A DNA stretch of 64,000 nucleotides from Asterias rubens (taxonomy: Eukaryota), in contig NC_047073.1 in the NCBI RefSeq assembly GCF_902459465.1, positions 16,616,001-16,680,000 on the forward strand, written 5' to 3'. Positions 1 through 11,370 of this stretch are shown one piece after another (position 1 is the stretch's first letter; each line of letters begins with the position of its first letter). The notes under the pieces were generated by a model. It did not search any database and had not been told where the DNA came from. It saw only the letters and a list, made by a program, of their open reading frames with translations. The position numbers and the translations under genes were made by a program.

Positions 1-794
1 GTGAGATGTAAAAACCTATTAACCAGTTATGATAATATTTTTCGTGACATTGTTTTACTCATTTCTAAAAAACTACAGCACCTAAATAAGTAATATTTCA
101 AGGGAAGCTTTCTACTGTCATTATCTTCAAACTGTGTAAAGTTAATGTAAATCTGTGGACATTGTGTTTTGTATCCCCACCCCCATCTTTCTTTGATAAA
201 TAAATTAAATTAAAACCACAAATAGACAGAATAGAAGTGGGGTAAAATGTACACCAAACATTAGCTCACAAGAGCCCAAATAATTACAATTTTGTTTTTC
301 CATAGGAAAATGTGTTTATAATTGAAACAACCAAGTCATAACCACAGGTAGCCCCTCCCACATTATTCATGAATATAGACTCCTGGGTATCATCCAGTGT
401 GTAGAGACTCCCTCTATTGACCCACGGGAGTCCAGCGTGTTGGCAAGATATTCATCTTAAGTCAGTAAGTGTTAAACCACAGAGTGTTATTTCCTTCCTC
501 TGTTACACCACGGATGGTCACACCATGGAGGAAATTCAAAAGACTGACAGATAAAATGGATTGACCTGGCTGATTTTGCTGAATTGCTGAAGGGCACTGT
601 GGAACAGAAAAGGGGGCTTACAATTTTACAAGGGGACTATGCAAGGGACAGTTACTAGATAAGGCTTGATAATTTCATTGTTACAAAATTTGGTAAGTTT
701 ATTTTTAATGTCATCATAAAATTATCAATAACAATATAGGGCCTAATACAAGAATAAACCATTACTAACTTAATTAATTCAGACAATGAGACAT

Positions 795-1345
795 TATTCA
801 TAAATACCAGACAGTTTCGCTATTCCTATTGGTGGAGAGCACGTCACGTGGGTGTGTATATACCTTTGTTTATGACCAGTAAAAAGTGTTGAAACATGGG
901 CGTGACATGCAAGCTTGCACCTGTGATTATAAGACAGTTTCTTTGTTCCTATTGGTTGAGAGCAACGGCCAGGACAGTTGTGCCACATCACGCGATATGC
1001 TTGACGCGCACAGCATTCCCTTATTAGGAGTTGTTAACCCGAGGGTGGCGGAGGGCCTTACCATTTCATAGCTGGAGGGGTGTTGTGTTGAACACGTATA
1101 ATGTTTGCATTTATTTTACCTTTTTGACCTAAATACAAAGTGTTGATATTTTTTTACCGAAAAGGTATTTATGAATGGGAATAAAAGACCCACAAAGTGT
1201 GTTGAAGCGGTTTTCAACAAGTGGTTCAAACCGGCCGAGGCCTGGTTCTTGATAACTTACCTCGACTTCGTCTCGGTAAAATTATCAAGAACCATGACTC
1301 GTTGGGATTAATTAAACCTAGTTGAAAACCTCTTTACCACACATC
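795..1345. repeat. Interspersed-repeat-like element in FAF1 intron 1 with an internal direct repeat and a long imperfect hairpin
   Basis: AGACAGTTTC..TTCCTATTGGT.GAGAGC occurs at 809-840 and 932-963. An inverted repeat at 1209-1330 has a perfect TGGTTCTTGATAA/TTATCAAGAACCA stem around a GAC-TTC-GTC centre. Only one copy is in the window. Confidence 0.5.
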
Positions 1346-1760
1346 CCTTATTTTTCACCTGTTCTCCCCACTGGGCCCACTAGTCCCAGGCCACATTGAT
1401 CATAAATACAATTATGATTTTTGATCATTACAAGTAAAAAGTATCGGTTGGATACAGCACTTGTGAGCACAGAACCCTGCCCAAATCTACATGACTCATT
1501 TATCATTGCGCAGAACAGAGAAGAAAAGTGAGGCACAATTTTAATGATCAATATTTCTCCGTTGTGTGTGTGTTGTGGGCGCAGATCAGCTGTGTCATCG
1601 ACGACTCAACGCCAAAATAAAAAGGCTTGTTTTACAACAATAAAAAGACCAGAAATCCAGACAAGACTTGGTTATTGAAGAGTTAGACCCACATTAATGA
1701 AATGATGAGGATAATATCAAATATTCCCCTGATATACAGAATAACCACTCAGACTTTTAC

Positions 1761-1799
1761 CTGAAAATCTGCAAGAATTTCTTCTCTGTTGGCCGCCAT
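1761..1799 (-). CDS. FAF1: First coding exon of a FAF1-like (Fas-associated factor 1, UBA/UBX p97 adaptor) gene; the rest of the gene runs off the left edge
   Basis: The minus strand reads AACA-ATG GCG GCC AAC AGA GAA GAA ATT CTT GCA GAT TTT CAG|GTAAAAG = MAANREEILADFQ followed by a phase-0 GT donor. This matches the vertebrate FAF1 N-terminus as I recall it (MASNMDREMILADFQ, then ACTG...). It has a good Kozak context, promoter-like motifs just upstream and an adjacent INK4 gene. No exon 2 was recognised in 1..1760. Confidence 0.75.
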
Positions 1800-1880
1800 T
1801 GTTGTGGTCTTTCGTCACTACTTTTAAGCATGCGCATAACAAGTCGTCATAGTTCGCAAACACTGTAGAGGGCGCTATAA
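1790..1880 (-). promoter_or_regulatory. Housekeeping-type promoter of the FAF1-like gene
   Basis: YY1-like AATGGCGGCC overlapping the ATG, NRF1-like GCATGCGCA at 1828-1836, and CTCF-like ACTGTAGAGGGCGCTA at 1862-1877. Confidence 0.45.
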
Positions 1881-2369
1881 TGTTTACATTGTTGACGAAG
1901 TTCTTTTGTTACGAAAAAAATAATGACACAACAAGTCTGGGCCAGTCTTGGGGGAACTTCGTGTTTGTTGTCAAATAAATACCATAGTTACACATTGTCA
2001 TTGTCCTGCTACTATTGACTTTTACAACCGAAATTATTGAAGATTAATTTATGCGTTGAAAAAGCCTACTTTATCCGCTAAAGGCAAAGAAATTGGCCAC
2101 TATTATTACTATATGAAACAAGAGAAAGGTAAGTTACGCACTACTTCACTCATGCGTAAAGTTAATTTCAACATGTTTTTGAACTAAAAATAAACGGGGG
2201 CTTATCATGTCTCAACTTGTTCATGAAATCACGGTGCATTCCCTCAACACAGAAATTTGGACCAACCAACACAAACAAACTAATTGTTGTAACCCGGTCG
2301 GATAATTGACAGTTAGAAGCAAACAAACTTACAAAATAGAAGTCTTCTTCTGAGTGCTTTTCTCCGTGA

Positions 2370-2433
2370 GCGCGGGAACGCCAAGGAATTTTCCCGCGCA
2401 AATATCTGGTTAAACAAGAAAGACTCGGTAAGT
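2370..2433 (+). promoter_or_regulatory. Inverted pair of E2F sites followed by a strong splice donor; candidate distal promoter and non-coding first exon of INK4
   Basis: GCGCGGGAA (2370-2378) and TTTTCCCGCGC (2389-2399) form a 9-bp inverted pair. CG|GTAAGT donor at 2428-2433. Confidence 0.45.
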
Positions 2434-3533
2434 AGGTGTAATGACGTTGTATTATGGTAATTTGGTGATTACAGTCGCATCTAATTTGATTACACTGTAC
2501 AAAACTACTCAGGTGGTGATACAGGTGTATTTTTTACAAAGTAATAATTATTGTTTCCTGAAGTCCAATACCGTCCGCAGTGATAATTTAAGGTAAAGTT
2601 GCTGGTAAAATTTGACACACTAAGGAGAATACCCGACTACCTAGAATCAGAAGGACAATAAGCGCAGTTATGTTGGCTCAGTGAATTATTCGTCTTATAC
2701 CACATTTCCACCCTGCACATTAGAACTGCTAGTGTTCGAACTCTTTACAAATTTTCCTGACGTTCAAAGGATCCTCTTTTTTACTCGATTTAGAAACAAA
2801 ACAAAGTTCACAGTTAAAAAGCACTACGATACTGGCAGTTTCGTAGAGCAGAACAAAATTGCACCCAGTTCGAATCCAGGACTTTGCATGTGAATTGGGT
2901 TACCAGCCGGAGTTTCCTCTAACACCTAAAACCCCCCTGATTATATTCACATTATTGTCTAACCGTAATTACAAAAATATAGACTAAAAACAAAGAGTCA
3001 TATTCACTGTCCAAACAAAGAGAGGCTATGAAAACACACAATAATAAAAAACACTCATATTTAAAAAATATTTTCACTATGTTTATTGAATGTTGTGACC
3101 CGAGTTAATGTCAACAGTGGATCATTTTTATGGTACAACACAAGTTAAAACGTGGCCGAAAGCAAAGAAGTTATTAAATTGTTCACATTAAATTGGTTGA
3201 CGATTTGATGAGTATGCAACACTGTGCAAAGCCAACAACGAAGAAAGGTTCGTCCGGCCCACATGTTGACACTAACAGTAGGAGTTGCTTGAGTCACCCA
3301 CTCTACCGTCCATGTAGAACGAGGCAACCGCTCAATAAAATAAAATAAATAGTACTTATAAGTAAATAAAAACAAAAACAAAGACAAAGTCAGTGGAAGT
3401 ACTATAATGGCACCTATTACACAAACACAAGTTTAAAACTAAAACAACAAAGCAGACAAGAAACGCCAATCAAATGATGACGGTTTTCTAAGTTCATTTT
3501 AATCACTAACAATAATTTAGTGTTATATTTTAA

Positions 3534-3912
3534 AGGCAGTGGACACTATTGGTAATAACTCAAAATAATTATTGGCATAAAACCTTACTTTGTAACGAGT
3601 AATGGGGAGAGGTTGATGATATAAAACATTATGAGAAACAGCTCCCTCTGAAGTGACCTAGTTTTGGAGAAAGGAGTAATATTTTCCACGAATTTAATTT
3701 CGAGACCTCAAGTTTAGAACTTGAGGTCTCGAAATCAACCATCTAAACGCACACAACTTCATGTGACAAGGGTGTTTTTTTCTTTCACAGTTATCTTGCA
3801 ACTCCGACGACCGATCGAGCTCAAATTTTCACAGGTTTGTTATATGCATATGATGAGATACAGCAAGAGAGAAGATTGGTCTTTGACAAATTACCAATAG
3901 TGTACACTGTCT
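3534..3912 (+). mobile_element. Non-autonomous Kolobok-type DNA transposon (MITE), full copy
   Basis: TTAA on both sides. TIRs AGGCAGTGGACACTATTGGTAAT / ATTACCAATAGTGTACACTGTCT (21/23). AG..CT termini with a TTAA target fit Kolobok rather than piggyBac (CC..GG). Multiple copies in the window. Confidence 0.8.
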
Positions 3913-4873
3913 TTAAGTTTCTTTGATCAATTTACTTTTTTTAAAGTATAGTAGGACTACACGATATCAAAATAAAACGGGTCTGCAATCTCTGGCCACT
4001 ACAAACTACGTCCCTGCTCTGCGCCTCATCATTATCGAGGACTGCTCTCCAAGGTTTCACCACGAATAATGATGAATTCGTGAATATTCATGAAGGTCAA
4101 CCCATTCAAGCTCGCTAACTATCTAGCGTATCTAGTGTAGATTAAAGGGCCATCAAACCGCCCACTCACACGGTTACTGGTGGATATACTGATGCCAAAC
4201 ATGCCCACACATGCCTCGTTAAAAACATGTTGCTACAAGAAAAATTCCCAATAAGAGTAATATAAGGTCCTTTGGAAGGTTAAAATCTCAGCATTTTGGG
4301 TCAGCAGTCTATAGTAACGGTGGAGAGCGGTGTGTCATTTTATTGTCAGACTCGGTATAGCGTTTGATCACAAGTTGAAAGTTGTTTAAGCAAACTAAAT
4401 TCTGGGAACATGGCAAGAGTATCTTTAAGTTTGACATTTTCGGTGTTTGAGTGTCATCACAAATGGCAGGGTAAACATGTAACAGCTGATGACAAGAGTC
4501 CATTGACCCTGGATTTGTTATTGGCAGATAGCGGTAAGTTCCCATTCAATATTGTTTACATTGACTGCACCAATCAATGACGTCATACTGTATTTAACTA
4601 TGTCATCACTTTCGTAGTCGACCCCTGGTAACTGAGAGGGGGGGGGGGGTGTGTTTCACAAGGAAACAACTTTTCGTGCATCCGTTGTAAACAGTTTTAT
4701 TTCTCTGCTTAACACACAATGAACATTGTGGACAAGCGTTTATTTACCACAGCGCCTTAAACTTGGTATGTTGGTCCATGAAGGCTACCTTTCTACCAAA
4801 CTTTGCCTACGCAAAATTTTTACTTGAAGGTAGACTGGACTTTAGGCTGTTTTGTCGTGGTTGTTTCTTTTAA

Positions 4874-4971
4874 AGGCAGTGGACACTAATGGTCATTACT
4901 CAAAATAATCATTAGCATAAAATCTTTACTTGGTACCGAGTAATGGGGAGAGGTTGATAGGGGAGAGGTTG
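4874..4971 (+). mobile_element. Truncated left end of the Kolobok-type MITE
   Basis: TTAA|AGGCAGTGGACACTAATGGT..., breaking off after a duplicated GGGGAGAGGTTG. Confidence 0.7.
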
Positions 4972-5340
4972 TTTTACAATACTTCTGTTTTATTTGTGTA
5001 TAGGCCTAGACCTTGTACAAGATAAGCCATTTGGGACAAACAATAGAGAACAAAAAATAAACACGAAAGTCATCCACCATGACCATTAATTTGTTTCTAG
5101 GTAAAACTATAGTAAATCTGCGAACAGTTATAATTATGTTCAAACTTACCACTGTTTTGCACACCTTCAATGAATTTATTGATAATATTGATTCGTTTTT
5201 AAGAATTTGACAATCGGCTATCTGGCCCTAAAGCAAGTCTAACTAATTGGACTATTAATGTAAAGCCAATACACTTTACCTCCCGATTACACACGTATTA
5301 ATTTACAAAATGGAAATTGAAGAATCATGAATTCGTTTAA

Positions 5341-5704
5341 AGGCAGTGGACACTATTGGTAGTTACTAAAAATAATCATTAGCATAAAATCTTACTTGGT
5401 AGCGAGTATAATGGGGAGGGGGCGGTTGATAGTTTAAATTTTGTGTGAAACGGCTCCCTCTGAAGTGACATAGTTTTCGAGAAAGAAGTAGTTTTCGAGA
5501 CTTCAGAATTTGATTATGAGGTCTAGAAATAAAGCATCTGAAAGTAAACAACGTCGTGTGACAATGGTGTTTTTTCTTTCATTATCTCGCAACTTCTACG
5601 ACCAATTGAGCTCAAATTTTCACAGGTTTGTTATTTTATGCACATGTTGAGATACACCAACTGAGAAAACGGGTCTTGAAAATGATCAATAGTGTCCAGT
5701 GTCT
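5341..5704 (+). mobile_element. Kolobok-type MITE, full copy
   Basis: TTAA|AGGCAGTGGACACTATTGGT...AGTGTCCAGTGTCT|TTAA; internal sequence is collinear with 3534-3912. Confidence 0.8.
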
Positions 5705-6801
5705 TTAACATCTAAAGGCCTCCAATTGTTAATTTGTTTACCAATCTTCTTGAGTGAAAACTTGAGGGATTTTCGACTGCAAATACCCACACTCCCACAA
5801 AAGAGGTTTACACACCCACAAATTTACATTTTATTTATAGTTTCTTCCTAATCGCCCCCTTGTTTCTACACGTGGAGGTAACATTGTGTGAATGCACTGT
5901 GAATCACAACACACCAACGCACGTTTAATGGTTCTAAATTCTTTGATCTATAAAAACTAAACTCAGCGAAGCGTCAAACCACCGATAAATCTAGACTTGG
6001 TTCCAAGTCTGCGATCGTGCCTTTTAGTCTACACGATAGCCAATACATTATTGCCTGGTCGCGTGATGGCTAATCAGTGGGGGCGTTTTGCGTCTGATGC
6101 AGAGGAATAACCGCGACTTCAGTCTTGAAATCAAGTCTACCGATTATCAAGATGATGTAGTTTTCTATTAAAAACACTGACGGGTTGAAGCAGTCAACTA
6201 TTATTTAAAAGTCAACGGTTCGTCAGGTTGGCGGGAGAAACACCAAGCTTTCTCGTTGAGACGAGCTTCTTGCAACAAGTCTGGAGGAGGTTTATTTTAC
6301 TATCTGAACTAATAGTTTATACTGGCGTTGTAGCTTTGATCTGTTGGGTCTAATTTTGTACGCTTCCATGTTGCAAATTATAGGAGACTATTGTAAGAAC
6401 ATTCATCGGAAATGATTATGCATATCGAATTTAAGTTCGTTTATGGTAAAAGTAGGCTATTGCAAATAACAGCTTGAAAACAATACCTAAACTAATTTAG
6501 TTGAGCTACACGATACAATTATGCCAATCCCTTGTTTGAAATACATTGTGATGGAAAAGTGTGTTGTACGTGAATTTTTCATTAATATCAGACAGTTTGT
6601 CATGATAATTAATAATGTAGCTCTCTGTACTCAAAAACGCATGTGTTTTTGGATGTGCAATGTTTTTTTTGACAGGAAAAGGCACAGGACACACTCTTCC
6701 GTCGTTTACAGGGAACCCACTTTCAACTTCTGAATGCTAAGTCTGTATTAAACACCGATGTATGTTTTGTTTCCTCTATTACTAAAGATGTATCAGTCAT
6801 C

Positions 6802-6960
6802 ATGGCCAACAACAACAATAACCAACACCTAGGTACAGACGTGCAAAATGACTTCACCAAAGCCGCTGCTAACGGGAATCTGCAGCGACTGCAGGAACTG
6901 AGTGATCATCAAGATGTCAACATCAACGGCCGGAATAGATATGGAAGAAATGCGATCCAG
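6802..6960 (+). CDS. CDKN2: INK4/CDKN2-family CDK4/6 inhibitor, coding exon 1 (53 aa)
   Basis: MANNNNNQHLGTDVQNDFTKAAANGNLQRLQEL...NGRNRYGRNAIQ then CAG|GTAGGA, phase 0. Ankyrin repeat 1 and the GRxxxQ|VM junction match vertebrate INK4 genes. Confidence 0.9.
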
Positions 6961-7414
6961 GTAGGAGTTTGGAGTTTGAAAATATTTTGAGCAAAAATCA
7001 TATATTTTTTATACAATCGCACCCTCAGGCAAACGTGTACATAGTTCATTGGGTGTTGTACAAGTAAGACATCTAAACCAAGGAACATCACAATTCGGTT
7101 TTAAAACAAGAAATCGATTTATATTTTTGTCATGGATTTTATTTATACGTGTCTGTTTAGATTGCGGCAATTAAAATAAGCAATCTACTTTTGAGGTATT
7201 CAAATGCTATTTCCTCGACATGTTTTGTGGGTTTTTAGCTGGAGTTTGAATTTTACTGAGAATGTACCAACTCCAGTTATAACTGACCCTCAGTAGCTGG
7301 GTGATAGCCTTTAGAGCTTCAAATCCTCAGCACATGGAAGAAGAATATGTCTGTCTCTCTGTATTTATTTTGTTAAACGCAGAAAACACCAACCATTCTC
7401 GTTTATTTGACCAG

Positions 7415-7645
7415 GTCATGACGATGACCCGACCGGAAGTGGCTGAATTTCTACTGGGGTTGGGTGCGAATCCCAACGAGCCAGACCCAGACGTGGGTCG
7501 CACGCCACTGCACGACGCTGCCGAACATGGGCATCCGGACACCGTTGAGTTGTTACTAAAGTACGGGGCAGACCCCAGGCTGAGGGACAGTGCCAGGGGT
7601 AACACACCGGCTCATCTTGCCGCTGGGGAGGGACGACCTCTTAGG
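7415..7645 (+). CDS. CDKN2: INK4/CDKN2-family inhibitor, coding exon 2 (77 aa)
   Basis: CCAG|GTC ATG acceptor. VMTMTRPEVAEFLLGLGANPNEPDP..GRTPLHDAAEHGHPDTVELLLKYGADPRLRD..GNTPAHLAAGEG parallels the p16 segment VMMMGSARVAELLL..HDAAREGFLDT. AGG|GTAAGT donor, phase 0. Confidence 0.92.
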
Positions 7646-8063
7646 GTAAGTAAACACTAACCCTCGACTTTTCCATTGTTGTTAAACAAACTGCGCTGGT
7701 TTGCATGGACATTCGATTGCTAGCAAAATATATAATCGTTGTTGTGTCCTAATTCAACATATTTGCAAACAAGTACATCCCATGATCGGTTGCTTTGTTT
7801 CCCAAAAATTCAACTTTGTTCAAACGATGGTGTGGCATTGTTGCAAATTGTGGCTATCTGGTTTGTTTTGCATGTATGGCTTTCCATGGTTTTCCAACTT
7901 CGGTTGACAAAAACTCATGCTATGACGTTGCGATATAAACGCTTTAATTTTAGCCATGTTTGTCTGATTGCCTGTATTGACCACACCAATCAACACTGAT
8001 TACAGGGATGGCTAGGCCCATCAGTGCCGATCATTAACTTTGGTGTGCTGATCTTTCCTACAG

Positions 8064-8195
8064 ATTTTAGAATTGTTGTCGAACGGTTGCACCCTCCGGG
8101 AACGGAATAGCGCTGGACTTACTCCCCACGATGTGGCAATAGCCAATGGTAATGAGGACGCTGCAGAATGGATCGCCAGTTATCATAGTACGTGA
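8064..8195 (+). CDS. CDKN2: INK4/CDKN2-family inhibitor, coding exon 3 (43 aa + TGA)
   Basis: TCTTTCCTACAG| acceptor at 8063. In frame it reads ILELLSNGCTLRERNSAGLTPHDVAIANGNEDAAEWIASYHST*, which completes one ankyrin repeat and adds a final one (GLTPHDVA). Spliced product is 173 aa. This exon is not in the ORF track. Confidence 0.85.
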   Translation: MLELLSNGCTLRERNSAGLTPHDVAIANGNEDAAEWIASYHST

Positions 8196-8205
8196 GTAAT
8201 CGTTC

Positions 8206-8221
8206 CCGGTAGAGGGCGCTA
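8206..8221 (+). promoter_or_regulatory. CTCF-like motif just after the INK4 stop codon
   Basis: CCGGTAGAGGGCGCTA matches 13 of 14 positions of CCASYAGRKGGCRS. Confidence 0.4.
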
Positions 8222-9060
8222 TCCCGCACAGTCGGTGCGTATAATTCTTTACTCCGACCCCCCCACCCCCCCGTACATTTACCAGCCTGGCGGACCTGGC
8301 TTTGTGTTTATAACCAATAACCTCAAACAAAAAATCGATATTGGAAACATTTTTTAAAAGAACAATTATTTTGTGAAGTCTGCAGAGGGTGTCATAATTT
8401 CAATCACCAAAACGTTTTGCATATAGATTACTTGAAGTTTTGCAAGAACCGTTGGTTTGCTTCTACGTTTCGATCAATTTATATGGTCTTCTGATGGTCT
8501 TCATCAAAAACATTTACAACATATTTCTTTGTTTGATTGTTCTGTTAGGTTCGGGTAGAGGTGTTCGACTAATGCATCTATGCCGTCTTACCATTCATCA
8601 AGTGCTTGGTACACAGCGGTTGTGTAGAATACGGGAACTTAGCAATTACCCCTTGCCAGATATGCTTGTCGACTTTATAAAAATGTATCGGTAAATTGTA
8701 ACAGTTTCAAGGAAACATGATCGAAAAAAGACAATAAGTTGGAAGTTGTAAAGATCTTAGCCTGATGTCGTACAGGCGCCATCTTGGATGTAAACCATAA
8801 TTATTCTGAAAAAAAAATGGAAACGAATATGGGCAACTTCCATGGCATTCTCACATGTTAAGGGAATGGGCCACAGGCGCAAAATCATTTCTGCATTTTT
8901 TTATGCGCTGCCCACAGGATTGGCCAATGAAAAACAAGGGTGAGGGCTGCTCAAGTTACGTCATGTGCACAAGTTACTAATTAATAATACTTACACATTC
9001 TCATGTTTGCATTATTTTAGTGGTAATAGATTTGAATTGAGGCTGAGTAGTTGTACATAA

Positions 9061-9095
9061 AATAAAATAAAAATTGTAATAACAAGTTTAATAAA
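9061..9095 (+). terminator. Candidate polyadenylation signals of the INK4 mRNA
   Basis: AATAAA at 9061, 9066 and 9090, about 0.9 kb after the stop codon. Confidence 0.35.
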
Positions 9096-10316
9096 AGTAT
9101 ATTGGTTCATAGGCGAACAATAGACGTGCGACCTTACACAAAGAGGACCACTACCTTAACCATTGCAGTTGTTGTGGGTTTGGTGTTATACGCCTTGGGT
9201 GTATTTCACTATAAAACTAAAACCTCATCGCAAGACAAAATCACTTATTACCATAGTGATTTGTATTGTGACACACTTTGCTTAGCAACTACGATTGGGT
9301 TGCAGTTAAGATAAAACTAGCTCTTTGTGAAATCGGCCCAAGGTTCTTTGATTCTTCTGAGATGCCCAGTAAGGACTATCTCGACTCGCCCAATAAGATG
9401 ACTTCTTTTATAAATGCTGCTCGGACGTTGGTATGTTGTATCTTCAAGCCTTGCAGCATGTACGTCCAAAAGTAAGTCCTAGCTATATAAAACAAAAACT
9501 AATTGGTGCTGCCATAATAAAGTGTGAGCTAAGCAGATTATGTGCGAACGTCAGCCCCAAGGTGGAAACAAAATAATTATAAGTTTTCCAATACACAACG
9601 TAAGATTGTACTGCGGCCTATCTCGTGCAATAATAGACAGTAAACATAATTACTATATTATCTTAGAATTTTTAAATAGGTTTTGTAAATGCAGAAATGC
9701 AAATGGAATAGTCGTCAATAATATAATTATGACGAATCAAAGTTATAACTTATAATGTCATATTGTAAACAAAATAGCCAAAGTTATTTACACAAAATAA
9801 ATGGTAACAATAATTGTTTTATAACAAATATAGTCACAGACTTATTCGGTGTATGGTCAAATATTGATGTAATTATTTAAGTAATAAACAAGTTATATTT
9901 GAATAACACGCCAGTGATATAATCGGAGGCAATATTAGTGACTGTAGATCTCAATTATTTGATTCAATTACAAAATTCCTAAAACCAACGGGCCATAGTA
10001 TAATATCTGGAAATGGAACCATGGACCCGGAAAAGTGCCCAGCGCTGTGACCCGTTTTAAGCATAAAGATATACCTGTGAATAGTGAAGAAGAAATGTCA
10101 GTTTTAGATGCGAGAAAGACCCTTATTTGGATGGGGAAAACAAGGGCAGCCATTTTGAAAATTGTGAAAAATTCCCTCTTTCAAAGGACAACTGCAGTGG
10201 CCGCAATGGTCAGATATCTTTCTCAAAGCACGCTTTGACTCTGATGTGCCAAATTCCATTCCGTAGTTATCAAAGCAACAATCCCCCATATATTTTCTCT
10301 TTCATTCTGCCATTAA

Positions 10317-10694
10317 AGGCAGTGGACATTATTGGTAATTACTCAAAATAAATATTAGCATAAAACCTTACTTGGTAACGAGTAATGGGGAGAGGTTGAT
10401 GGTATAAAACATTGTGAGAAACGGCTCCCTCTGAAGTGACATAGTTTTCGAGAAAGAAGTAATTTTCAAAGAATTTGATTTTGAGACCTCAGATTTAGAA
10501 TTTGAGGTTCGAAATCAACCATCTAAACGCACACAACTTTGTGTGACAAGGGTGTTTTTTCTTTCATTATTATCTCGCAACTTCTACGACCAATTGAGCT
10601 CACATTTTCACAAGTTTGTTATTTTATGCATATGTTGAGATACACCAACTGTGAAGGCTAGTCTTCCAATAGTTACCGATAGTGTCAAGTGTCT
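10317..10694 (+). mobile_element. Kolobok-type MITE, full copy
   Basis: TTAA-flanked, with the same TIRs and body. Confidence 0.8.
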
Positions 10695-11370
10695 TTAACT
10701 ATTATTACCTCACAGAATAAAAATCATTAGGCGAAGTGTGGTGTCCCAGGGAATTCTGTCCGCCGGAGATAAAAAGTGGTCCCCCAATGGGAAATTAACG
10801 TGGGCTGTAGGCTAGGAGGAGGATTCAAAAGAGGGCGCCATCAGTTTGCCATTTTTTTTTTGTGAGGACCGAATATCCGGGGGACAGAATCTCATGCCAC
10901 AGTGGCATGTGCAGATTTACAGGGTGCAACCCACCAAATAATCTCCCATAGCACACAGTGCAAAATCTTAAATATTCAAAAATACACAAAAAATACTTTA
11001 AAGTCTCACAGCTTTTAACTTGAAGGGGAAACTTATTGATTGACTCTTGAACTTTTATTCTTTGCTAAATTTTATATGGGGAGTCTCTGGGCCCGTCTAG
11101 TTATTCTCCTTCCAAGTAAAAACACCACTTCAAAGGTCTAATTTTCCATTAGGGCCTATGTCATCCAAAATACCTCAAGCTGGAAGTCAACATCTCCCAG
11201 GTCACAATTGGGCAACATTTTCCCACTGAAACACTTTCTGGGGGCTCTCAAATCTGTCTAATAAAACATATTTTCAGGGCCTACAAAATATACAACAGGA
11301 GTTTGGATGTTCGGTACATTCGGGTACACTTAAGTAGCGCCCTCGCTTGAAAATAAATGAACCAAAGGTC

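Noticed and set aside
7327-7607. Antisense ORFs over INK4 exon 2, and the overlapping ORFs at 61498-62360 over Dmrt
   Set aside because: Shadow frames of real GC-richer coding exons, with no recognisable products.
7415-7645. ARF-like alternative reading frame through INK4 exon 2
   Set aside because: The frame used by mammalian ARF stops after 9 codons (HDDDPTGSG*) and the third frame stops at once. No exon 1-beta candidate was seen.
7301-7660. ORF-track 119-aa protein as a standalone gene
   Set aside because: Its ends are intronic; splice sites at 7414/7415 and 7645/7646 define the real exon.
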